Of a stretch of 32,000 bases of DNA, positions 21,959-30,904 are shown one piece after another (positions within the stretch are counted from its first letter, which is position 1; every line of letters starts with the position of its first letter). The DNA lies in the NCBI GenBank assembly GCA_963843975.1, contig CAWJMG010000003.1:1710001-1742000 (forward strand), written 5' to 3'. The notes under the pieces were generated by a model that searched no databases, was not told the DNA's origin, and worked only from the letters and a program-made list of their open reading frames with translations. A program made the position numbers and the translations under genes. The stretch comes from an uncultured Actinomycetes bacterium (GTDB lineage Bacteria > Actinomycetota > Actinomycetes > S36-B12 > CAIYMF01).

Positions 21959-24715
21959 TCAGACCTCGACGTCGCTGAGCAGCGAGATCGGGCCCCGGAG
22001 GTACTCCTCGTAGTCGGCGGGTGCCAGGGGCTGGGCCCAGAAGTAGCCCTGCGCGTAGTCGCAGCCCATGCCCTTGAGCAGGTCGGCCTGCTCGGAGGTC
22101 TCGACCCCCTCGGCGATGGTCCGGAGGTCGAGCGCCAGGGCGAGCTGCACCACGGAGCGCGCGAGCATGAGGCTCTGGCGCGAGCTGCCCATGACCGATA
22201 CGAACGAGCGGTCGATCTTCAGGCCGTCGACGGGAAGCGTCGAGAGGTACGACAGCGACGAGTAGCCGGTGCCGAAGTCGTCGAGCGAGAGCCCGATGCC
22301 GAGCGCACGAAGGTCTGCCAGCACCCGCTGCATGGCCTCGGACCGGTCGGCGAGCGTGGTCTCGGTGATCTCGAGGCTGAGCCACGAGGCGGGGAGCGCG
22401 TTGGCGCGGAGCACCTCGTCCACCGTGGGCACGAGGTCGGGCGTCAGCTGGTCGACCGCGATGTTGACCGCGACCCGCAAGGGGTGGCCCAGCTCGGCCG
22501 AGAGCCGTGCGGTCTCGCGCACCGCCTTGTCGAGCACCACGCGGCCGATCTCGCCGATGAGACCGATCTCCTCGGCGAGCGGGATGAAGTCGACCGGTTG
22601 CACCACGCGGCCGTCGACGTCGCGCAGCCGCGCGAGCGCCTCGGCTCCGGTCACGGCGCCGTCCGAGAGCCGGTGCACGGGCTGGTACCAGGCCTCGATG
22701 CGGTCCTCGGCGATCGCACGGCGCAGCCGGTTCTCGGCGGCGATGCGGCGCTCGATCTCCTCGCGCATGTCCGCGTGGTAGCCCACCAGGCGGGTGTGCC
22801 GACCGGACCTGCACCGGGCGAGCGCGAGGTCGGCGGCCTCGAGGTGCCAGTCGGCCGTGCGGCCGACGACGGGGTCGGAGACGACGTAGCCTGCGTGGAA
22901 GCCGAGCTCGATCTCCCGGCCGTCTGCCAGCAGCAGCCCGCGCAGGGCGCTGCGGCACTGGCCGACGACCTCGGTGACCTCCGGCTCCGGGTCGGGGGTG
23001 ACGACGAGGAGCGCGAACGTGTCGCTGCCGATGCGCGACGCAGCGCGGACGGAATCAGGCAGGTGGTCGAAGGCCGACGCGACGGCGACGAGGATCTGGT
23101 CTCCGGTGTCGTGGCCGAGACCGTCGTTCAGGGCGGCGAAGCGGTCGAGGTCGAGCATGGCGACCACGACGCTGTCCCCCGGTGCCGGTCGCTCGAGGTG
23201 CGTCGCGGTCTCGGCGAGGAACGCCTCGCGGCTGAGCAGCCCGGTGAGCTCGTCGCGACGTCGGCTGTTGGCGAGCTGACGTGCGAGCCGGCGCGCGTCG
23301 GAGACGTCGCGCGCGGTGATGACGTAGCCCCGGAACTCGACGTCGGTGATCGGGCGGATCACCGCCTCCATCTCCAGGACCGTGTCATCCCGGCCATGGA
23401 CGAGCAGGTCGTACGGCCCCCATCGGGAGGGATCGGTCGACACCTGGGTGAGCAGCAGCGCGACGTCGGAGTCGGACATGTCGACCAGAGCGGCGTCGAG
23501 CTGCCAGCCGCCGTCAGCACCCAGGGTGAACTCGGCGTCGCGCTCGAAGCGCGGGCTTGCCCACAGCACGCGTGCGGAGGCGTCGACGACGAGGACCGAG
23601 TCCGCCGAGTCGCCGACCAGAGCACGGAACCACCCCTCGCGCGTGCGGACGGCGAGCACCGTTGCCGCGCCCTCCTCCTGCGCCGAGCGGAGCTCGCGGG
23701 CAGCGGTCACCCGGGCCACCAGGACGCCCACCAGGATGCTGGTCCACGCCAGGACCGCCGCCCAGCGGCTGACCCCTTCGAGGTCGTCGGAGGCCCGCTG
23801 GACGACGACCACGCCGGCGACCAGCGCGAGGGCGACCGGGATCCCCGTGGCGATCTGCTCGCGGCGGCGACGCGCCCGGGCGGGCTCGGGCTCGAGCGGG
23901 GGCCGCAGCGCGAAGCCGGCGAGGAGCCATGAAGCGATGACGTAGCCGAGGATCGAGTAGGTGATCGAGGTCGTCTCGTCCGCCCCCGGCACCACCTGCC
24001 CGGCGAGATCGGACAGGAAGTAGATCAGCAGGCCCGCCAGCAGCCGGACCAGCTGCGGGTACGGCAGCGATCCGACCCGACGGCTGATCACGCCGACGCC
24101 GGCGGACGCCGCGAGCGCCCCGAACATGAGGGCCTGGTCGAGGTCCTGCCAGGCCTCGGTGCCTGGCGGCGAGATCCAGGCCGGCACCACGACGCTCCAC
24201 CACACCACAGCCAGCGCGAGGACCGCGACGAGGAGGTCGAGCACCACGAGGCGGCGCTCGCTCGGTGTCATCGCACGTGGCCAGCACATCCGGCCGAGCG
24301 CGTACGCGGCGAACGGGAAGCACAGCAGCGAGGGGATCACCTCGATGCGCGGGTCGAACGCCCCGGTCGAGGTCACGTGCGCGATGTAGCCGACCGCCTG
24401 TCCGATGCCCAGGATGGCGAGCGCGACGAGCATCATCCGCATCGCCGTGCGCCGCAGCGCATCGCGGCGTACCCGGTCGGCGAACGCCAGCACGAGCGCC
24501 GAGGCGCACGAGACTGCGTAGACGGCGGCGAGCGCGCCGCTCCACGGCATCGGGTCGAGGTCGCGGACCCGAGCGACGGCGTCGACGGCGACCGCGAGGA
24601 TCGCGCTGACGCTCGCGATCACGAGCAGGGCGAGGACCCGCATCCGGACGCGCCGCGACGCAGGCTCCCGAGCCTGCTGCGTCCCGTCCGTCGTCACGGC
24701 TTTCACGGTACGCAC
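21959..24715 (-). CDS. membrane-anchored PAS-GGDEF(degenerate)-EAL protein, probable c-di-GMP phosphodiesterase
   Basis: 918-aa ORF starting at GTG 24715. It has about 9-10 N-terminal helices (residues about 25-340) and a PAS-like segment. The GGDEF-domain signature reads RIGSDTF (codons 23015-23029) instead of RxGGDEF. The EAL domain has EALAR, NIA, EITE, DDFGTGYSS, KIDRSF, EGVE and QGY. Confidence 0.9.
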   Translation of the reverse strand: MRTVKAVTTDGTQQAREPASRRVRMRVLALLVIASVSAILAVAVDAVARVRDLDPMPWSGALAAVYAVSCASALVLAFADRVRRDALRRTAMRMMLVALAILGIGQAVGYIAHVTSTGAFDPRIEVIPSLLCFPFAAYALGRMCWPRAMTPSERRLVVLDLLVAVLALAVVWWSVVVPAWISPPGTEAWQDLDQALMFGALAASAGVGVISRRVGSLPYPQLVRLLAGLLIYFLSDLAGQVVPGADETTSITYSILGYVIASWLLAGFALRPPLEPEPARARRRREQIATGIPVALALVAGVVVVQRASDDLEGVSRWAAVLAWTSILVGVLVARVTAARELRSAQEEGAATVLAVRTREGWFRALVGDSADSVLVVDASARVLWASPRFERDAEFTLGADGGWQLDAALVDMSDSDVALLLTQVSTDPSRWGPYDLLVHGRDDTVLEMEAVIRPITDVEFRGYVITARDVSDARRLARQLANSRRRDELTGLLSREAFLAETATHLERPAPGDSVVVAMLDLDRFAALNDGLGHDTGDQILVAVASAFDHLPDSVRAASRIGSDTFALLVVTPDPEPEVTEVVGQCRSALRGLLLADGREIELGFHAGYVVSDPVVGRTADWHLEAADLALARCRSGRHTRLVGYHADMREEIERRIAAENRLRRAIAEDRIEAWYQPVHRLSDGAVTGAEALARLRDVDGRVVQPVDFIPLAEEIGLIGEIGRVVLDKAVRETARLSAELGHPLRVAVNIAVDQLTPDLVPTVDEVLRANALPASWLSLEITETTLADRSEAMQRVLADLRALGIGLSLDDFGTGYSSLSYLSTLPVDGLKIDRSFVSVMGSSRQSLMLARSVVQLALALDLRTIAEGVETSEQADLLKGMGCDYAQGYFWAQPLAPADYEEYLRGPISLLSDVEV

Positions 24716-24867
24716 GGAACCTCTCGGAGGCTTCTCGCCGTGAGGCTCGGTTGAGGCACTGGGAGCGGTTGCACGCGGGAGACGACGCCGCGCCTGAGCA
24801 ACTCTTGAGCCGTCAACGAGCTCGCCCCCTCCCCTTGCCCACGCGGGTCCGCGCCGGCAGTCGTGCG

Positions 24868-25695
24868 TCAGGACACGAGATAGCGGCGCGGCACGAACGT
24901 CTGGCTGTCCAGCGGCGGCCGCACGTAGGCGCGGTGCTGCAGCGGCGGCAGCACGATGTCGTCGTGCTCGATCGGCTGGTACGGCACCAGCGACAGCAGG
25001 TGCGAGATGAGGTTAAGCCGCGCCGTCTTCTTGTCCTCTGCGTCCACGACGTGCCAAGGGCTCTCCTTGGTGTCGGTGTACGCGAACATCTGGTCCTTGG
25101 CCTCGGCGTAGTCCACCCAGCGGGCCTGCGCCTCGAGGTCCATCGGCGAGAGCTTCCACCGCCGGGCCGGGTCGTCGATGCGCGACTGGAACCTCTTGCG
25201 CTGCTCCTCGTCCGAGATCGAGAGCCAGTACTTCACGAGGATGACGCCGTCCTGCTGCAGCGTGCGCTCGAGCAGGGGGCACACCCGCATGAAGTACTCG
25301 TACTCCTCGTCGGTGCAGAAGCCCATGACGCGCTCCACACCGGCGCGGTTGTACCAGGAGCGGTCGAAGATCACGATCTCGCCGGCGGCGGGCAGCTCCG
25401 CGACGTACCGCTGGAAGTACCACTGCGAGCGCTCACGCTCGGTGGGCGCGGGCAGCGCGACGACGCGGCAGTAGCGCGGGTTCATCAGGTAGGTCATGCG
25501 GCGGATGACGCCGCCCTTCCCGGCGGTGTCGCGGCCCTCGAGGATGACGACGAGCCTCTGCCCGGAGAGCCTGATCCACTCCTGCATCGCGACGAGCTCG
25601 GTCTGCAGGCGCTCGAGCTCGCGCTCGTAGTCCTTCTTGGACAGGTGGATGGTGCCGTCGGCGTCGGCCCGCGGGTCCGGCTTCTTCTTCGTCAC
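24868..25695 (-). CDS. ppk2: polyphosphate kinase 2 (PPK2), single-domain
   Basis: 275-aa ORF. It has the Walker A-like LEGRDTAGKGG, then FDRSWYNRAGVERVMGF, and a lid region KYWLSISDEEQRKRFQSRIDDPARRWKLSPMDLEA, all typical of PPK2. Confidence 0.9.
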   Translation of the reverse strand: MTKKKPDPRADADGTIHLSKKDYERELERLQTELVAMQEWIRLSGQRLVVILEGRDTAGKGGVIRRMTYLMNPRYCRVVALPAPTERERSQWYFQRYVAELPAAGEIVIFDRSWYNRAGVERVMGFCTDEEYEYFMRVCPLLERTLQQDGVILVKYWLSISDEEQRKRFQSRIDDPARRWKLSPMDLEAQARWVDYAEAKDQMFAYTDTKESPWHVVDAEDKKTARLNLISHLLSLVPYQPIEHDDIVLPPLQHRAYVRPPLDSQTFVPRRYLVS

Positions 25696-25768
25696 GGGCG
25701 CAACCTACTTGTCCCAGGGGGCGGGACTCTCGGGTTCCGCCCAGGTGGCACCCGACCGGTGCCCGCCG

Positions 25769-26179
25769 TCAGACGGGGTGGACGGCCACGTGCTCGTCGT
25801 CGGGCGTCCCGACCTCGACCGGGCGGTACGTGTAGAAGAACTCCACGCCGTCGGGGCCGACCTCGTCGACCGCATGGGCGACGCCCGGCGGGACGTAGAC
25901 GTAGGAACCCTCGTCGACGCGGCGGCCGAGCATCACGCACGACCCCCGTGTGATGAGCATGTGGTGGTGCGCGCCGTGGTGGACGTGCTCGGGCTTGGTG
26001 CTGCCCGCCTCGACGCGGATGAGCCCGATGGCGACGTCGCCGGACTGCCACAGCAGCTTGTGCGTGGCGCCGTCGATGCCCCGCAGCTCCTCCCACGGCA
26101 TGGCGGCGAGCGCCTCCGACGTGCGGACCACGACACGACCGAGGTCGTCGCGCTGCGACTCGACCGGTGACGGGCTCAT
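25769..26179 (-). CDS. cupin-domain protein (ChrR-like cupin)
   Basis: 136-aa ORF with ATG at 26179 and a strong GGGAGG SD 5 nt upstream. The cupin metal motif region is GSTKPEHVHHGAHHHMLITRG..YVYVPPGVAHAV. Confidence 0.75.
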   Translation of the reverse strand: MSPSPVESQRDDLGRVVVRTSEALAAMPWEELRGIDGATHKLLWQSGDVAIGLIRVEAGSTKPEHVHHGAHHHMLITRGSCVMLGRRVDEGSYVYVPPGVAHAVDEVGPDGVEFFYTYRPVEVGTPDDEHVAVHPV

Positions 26180-26399
26180 GGCTGCCTCCCAGACGTGTGC
26201 TCCTGCCTCGTCCCGAACCTAGCCGTCGGGCGAGCGGGATGTCGGCCGTGCGACCGGCTTCACATCCCCAGCCACCGACCGGGCCCCCCGCCCGGCCGGT
26301 GCCGGGCCGACCCACGCCCGCCTACGCTGGGGACGGGCGCCCCGGTGCGCCCGCACCGAGCCCTGCGCCGGTGCCGAACCCGGCTGGAGACGAGACGAC

Positions 26400-29300
26400 G
26401 TGGCCCGCACGACGCTGACGCGCCTCGTCGTGCCGTCCCTCGGCGCCGCCCTGGTGCTGGGCACCCTCGCGCTCCCGGCCGAGGGAGCACCGGCGGCATC
26501 GCCCACGGCCGTCTCGGTCGCGCCGTCGAGCACGTCGAGTGAGGCGCAGCGCCCGAGCGCCTACCCCGACCGACCGGTGAGCCGGCTCGTGGTCCGGATG
26601 AAGGACCGCGCACCGGTCGACCGCAGGGTCGCCGCAGCCGTCGCCGATGCAGCCGGCGTCGAGGCCGCCGTGCAGCTGCGCAGGACCGTGGGCGGCGCCG
26701 TCGTCGTCGCCCTGTCCGCGGCCATCAGCCCGGCACGGGCGGAGCAGGCAGCCCGCGCGGTCGCCGCCCGTGCGGACGTCGAGTGGGCGCAGCCCGACCG
26801 GTGGATGTTCGTCACGTCCGACCCGACCCCGGCGTACGACCAGAAGCAGCAGTGGAACCTGTGGGACACCACCAAGCCCACCGGCGGCTACTCGGTCAAG
26901 CCCGCGTCGGCATGGGCCTCCACACGCGGGTCGAGCAGCGCCGTCGTGGCTGTCATCGACACCGGCATCACCGCGCATCCGGACCTCGCGGGGAAGACGG
27001 TCGCGGGGTACGACTTCGTCTCCGCCGACGACCTGCCGCCGGGCAGCGGGCTCAACGTGCAGCCCCTCACCGCCAACGACGGCGACGGACGCGACGCTGA
27101 CCCGTCCGACCCGGGCGACTGGATCACGGGCACCGAGTCGGCCAGCTTCAACTTCTTCAAGGGCTGCGCGCAGAAGGCCAGCAGCTGGCACGGCACCCAC
27201 GTCACGGGCATCGTCTCGGCGGCTCCGAACGGGATGGGTGTCGTCGGCGTCGCGCCCGACGTCCGGGTGCAGCCCGTCCGTGCCGTCGGCAAGTGCGCCG
27301 GCTCCGAGAGCGACATCGCGGACGCGATCGTGTGGGCGTCGGGCGGCTCGGTCGCGGGCGCCCCGGCCAACGCGACGCCGGCGTCGGTGATCAACCTGTC
27401 GCTCGGCGGCCCCGGCCGCTGCGGCTCGCTCGTGCAGACCGCGATCACCACCGCGCGCGCCAACGGCGCCACGGTCGTAGCGGCCACCGGCAACGGCGGC
27501 GGGTCGGTCGACTACCAGAGCGCCTCGGACCCCGGCTCCTTCCCGGCGAACTGCGCCGGGGTCGTGAGCGTCGCGGCGACCAGCCGCACGGGGCGGCTCG
27601 GCACCGACTCCAGCGGGACGCCGTACGCCAACACCGGGGACGCGGTCGGCCAGGTCACGCTGTCGGCACCGGGCGGCTCGCAGACCACGAGCGCCGACGA
27701 CGGCATCTGGTCGACCGTCAACGCGGGCACCACGCGTCCGACCACCGCCGCCTACGCGTCGTACGTCGGCACCTCGATGGCCGCGCCGCACGTGTCCGCG
27801 GCGGCCGCCCTGCTGCAGTCCGCGCATCTCTCGGCGCCTCTCACGTCGAGCGAGGTCGAGGCGACGCTGGTCTCGCTCGTGCAGCCGTTCGCCGGCGGTG
27901 TCTGCGCGACCTTCGCGGTGAAGCCCTGCGGCTCGGGGATCCTCGACCTGTCCGGCCTGGCGCCGCAGCAGGTCGTGGCCGAGGCTGGCGACTCGACCGT
28001 CCGCGTGTCGTGGCTCGCCCCGGCGGACGTCGGCGGCCAGCGCGCGACCGGCTACCTCGTCGCGCGGACCGAGTCCGGCTCCTCCGCCGCACCCGCGGTC
28101 ACGACGCTCGGGCCGGGGGTCACGTCGTTCACCGACACCGACGTCGTGAACGGAACGTCGTACGTCTACACGGTCAACGCCTACTACGACGCCTTCGCCC
28201 TCGTGCTCGGACCGACGTCCGACCCGAGCACCGTGGCGACACCGTCTGCGACGCCGGAGCCGACGATGCCCACCGACGTGACGGCGACCGGCGGGATCGC
28301 GTCCATCGGCGTCACTTGGGGCGCACCGGCATCGGGCGCCGGCTCGGTCGAGGGCTACGTCGTGCAGTACCGGCGGACGAGCGCGACGGCGTGGGCCTGC
28401 GCCGGACCGACGTTCGGCGGCACCTGCCTGCCCGTCGCCGGCGGCGCGGCCACCACCGGCTTCACCATCGACCTGTCCTCGGCGCAGCAGCCCGGCGACG
28501 ACTACGACGTGCGCGTCACGGCCGGCACCGCGACCGGGCTGAGCGCCCCGACGCGACCGCTGCGCGTAGCCGTCGTGGGGCTCGTGCGCTCCGCCTCGCT
28601 GTCGGCGCCCACCCTGCGCCCGTTCGCGGACGGGTTCCAGGACTCCGTGACCGTGAGCGCGAGCACCAACGTCGAGTCGACGGCCGAGGTGCGCATCACC
28701 CCGCAGGGCGGCGGCTCACCGGTGCGCACGTACGTGCTCGCCCCAGCCTCGTCGTTCCAGCAGGTGTGGGACGGCACCGACGGCTCGGATGCGCCGGTGG
28801 CTCCCGGGGCGTACGTCGTCGAGGTGCTCACCGACGACCTCGGCGGCTCCCCGTCACCGATCACGACGTCGGCACCGCTGACGGTGACGGTCGCGGGCAG
28901 CGACGTCGCGGCCCCGACCGTCACGCCGAGCAGCCCAGCGGTGTACCCGAAGCGCGACGGCTTCCTCGACACGGTGACGTTCGGCGTCGTGACCGCCGTG
29001 CCCGCGGTCACGAAGCTGCGCATCACCAACCGGACGGGCAGCAAGACGTTCTGGACCTGGACGAGCCCGCGGCAGACCCGGTCGACCAAGGCCTGGGCCG
29101 GCACCCGCCAGCCCACCGGCACGACGTTGCCGGACGGCACCTACTGGCTGCGGATCACGGTCACGGGCGCGAACGGCAGCACCGCCTCGGTCGCCGGGAG
29201 CGCGGCCCACCCGGGCGCCATCCCGGTCGTGGTGTCCTCCAAGCGGCTCAAGGCCGTGCGATTCACCAAGACCGTGAAGCCGAGCGGCGTCGTCATCACC

Positions 29301-29763
29301 GCGCTGCGCGGCAGCGTGCTGCTCAAGCCGCGCGCGTACGACGGCGGCACGAGCACCGAGCTGCTGGTGCGCGGCGGTATCGACCAGGCGGGGTCGCCGT
29401 ACGACGTGCTCGCACTCGAGCTCCTCGCTGCCCTCGACCGTTGCGGCCAAGGGCTACACCAGTGTGAAGGTGACGACGTGCCTGCGCCGGTCGCCGACGG
29501 GCACGAACGTCCTCGCGGGCGGCTACATGGCCTCGACGACGAGGTACGCCGGGTGGTTCTCGGCGATCGTCGACGAGTCGTCGGCGCAGGTGCGCGTCGC
29601 GGCCGGCACGATCGACTGCCGCACGCCGAACCTCGTCACGCCGGCGGTCGCGACGGCCGGCGGGCGCGTGCGCTGGTCGCTGTTCAACTGGGGCCCGCTG
29701 CGCACCGGCTACGTGCCCGTCTACCAGTTCACGATCACCGGCACGCGCTACACGCTCGCGTGA
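26400..29763 (+). CDS. secreted subtilisin-family (S8) serine protease with propeptide, two FN3 and two FlgD-Ig-like repeats; apparent +1 frameshift near 29400-29440 (possible pseudogene or sequence error)
   Basis: GTG at 26400 (GGAGAC upstream) with signal peptide MARTTLTRLVVPSLGAALVLGTLALPA. The catalytic triad is VAVIDTGI (D187), HGTHVTGI (H264) and GTSMAAPHV (S459). The FN3-like repeats have VRVSWLAP..GYLV..YVYTVNAY and GVTWGAP..GYVVQYR. After about 29430 the G/C third-position signal moves to the +1 frame (ORF 29464..29763), which ends at the TGA at 29761-29763. The total length is not a multiple of 3. Confidence 0.8.
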
Positions 29764-30353
29764 GCGACCGGCCCGACGTCCGCGGACTCGCGGCGCGCGT
29801 CCTCGCGACGCAGCCGTCGGTCGGCGCGGTGCGCGTGGTGTGCATCGACGGCCCGTCGGGCGCCGGCAAGACCACTCTCGCCGCCGGGCTCGTGGCGGAG
29901 CTCGCACCCTACGTGGGCGACGTGCCGGTGGTGCACGGCGACGAGGTGTACGAGGGCTGGGCCGTCGTCTCCGACGAGGCCGACCCCGTGCGCGCCTTCT
30001 CGGCGCTCGGCGAGCGGGTGGCGTCGTGGCTCGTGGCGCCGTGGGCGTCGGGTGCTGACGCCGAGCATCCGGTGTGGGACTGGCAGGCGCATGCCTGGGG
30101 TGGTCCGCGTCGTGTGCCGGCCGCGCCGGTGGTGCTGCTCGAGGGCGTCGGGCTCGGTGGTGCGCCGCTGCGGCCCCACGCCTCGCTGGTGGTCTGGCTC
30201 GACGCCGACCCGGAGCTGCGCATCAGGCGCGTCGCCGAGCGCGACGGAGCCGAGGTCGCGGCGCACATGGACGCCTGGCGGGAGCGCGAGGCGGCCTGGC
30301 ACGCGACCGACCGGACCGCGGAGCAGGCCGACGTCGTCCTCGCCACCGGCTGA
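29760..30353 (+). CDS. P-loop nucleoside/nucleotide kinase-like protein (uridine kinase-like)
   Basis: GTG at 29760 overlaps the protease +1-frame stop (GTGA). G/C third-position bias resumes in this frame. The Walker A motif is VVCIDGPSGAGKTTLA, followed by VVLLEGVG and VWLDADPELRIRRVAERDG. Confidence 0.7.
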   Translation: MSDRPDVRGLAARVLATQPSVGAVRVVCIDGPSGAGKTTLAAGLVAELAPYVGDVPVVHGDEVYEGWAVVSDEADPVRAFSALGERVASWLVAPWASGADAEHPVWDWQAHAWGGPRRVPAAPVVLLEGVGLGGAPLRPHASLVVWLDADPELRIRRVAERDGAEVAAHMDAWREREAAWHATDRTAEQADVVLATG

Positions 30354-30397
30354 GCGTCGCTGCGCACGCCCGTCTGGTCCGTGCGAGGCTCGGTGCC

Positions 30398-30637
30398 ATG
30401 CAGCAGAGGGACGTCGTCGGGCCGGGCGGGCGACCGCTGTCCGAGCCGCACCCGTCTCGGCTCGCACCGGACCATCCCCGGAGGGGCGAGATCCTCGCCG
30501 CGCACGATGCGGCGCTCGCCCACGAGGAGGACGGCTACGTCGACCCGGCGTCGGGCTGGTGGGTCTTCTCGGCTGCCCACCTGCTCGACCGCGGGCACTG
30601 CTGCGAGAACGGCTGCCGGCACTGCCCCTATGTCTGA
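30398..30637 (+). CDS. small Cys-rich protein, DUF5522-like
   Basis: ATG at 30398 in the frame of ORF 30074..30637. The 79-aa product ends in GHCCENGCRHCPYV. This matches my recollection of the DUF5522 C-terminal CC-x-x-GC-R-H-CPY signature. Confidence 0.6.
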   Translation: MQQRDVVGPGGRPLSEPHPSRLAPDHPRRGEILAAHDAALAHEEDGYVDPASGWWVFSAAHLLDRGHCCENGCRHCPYV

Positions 30638-30658
30638 GCTGGGGCGTCTGACCCGGGG

Positions 30659-30904
30659 CTACTGGACGTGCAGCGCCTTGCGAGGGCAGGCGCGGGCGGC
30701 CGCATCGGCCTGGCGCTGAAGGGACTTCGAGCTCAACGGGTCGCCCGACACGATGGGGTAGCCCCAGCTGTCGACTGCGACGAGGTCGGGCGCGAGGTGC
30801 GAGCAGATGCCGACGCCGTCGCACACCGACGGGTCCAGCCGCAGGTGCGGGTGCGCCGGGTCGGCCTGGGGCCGCGCGGCACGCATCGGGGAGACGCGGC
30901 TCAT
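30659..30904 (-). CDS. small ferredoxin, [3Fe-4S]-type cluster motif
   Basis: ATG at 30904 overlaps the stop of the upstream NuoF-like gene (ATGA). The 81-aa product carries CDGVGIC (C-x2-x-x2-C) and a distal ACPRKAL (CP) motif. Confidence 0.75.
   Translation of the reverse strand: MSRVSPMRAARPQADPAHPHLRLDPSVCDGVGICSHLAPDLVAVDSWGYPIVSGDPLSSKSLQRQADAAARACPRKALHVQ

Noticed and set aside
26400-30353. Single 1317-aa protein (protease fused to a P-loop kinase)
   Set aside because: The 29440-29759 stretch of this frame lacks coding bias, while the +1 frame is clearly coding and stops at 29763. A new gene starts at the GTG at 29760. The long ORF exists only because no stop codon happens to occur in the non-coding frame.
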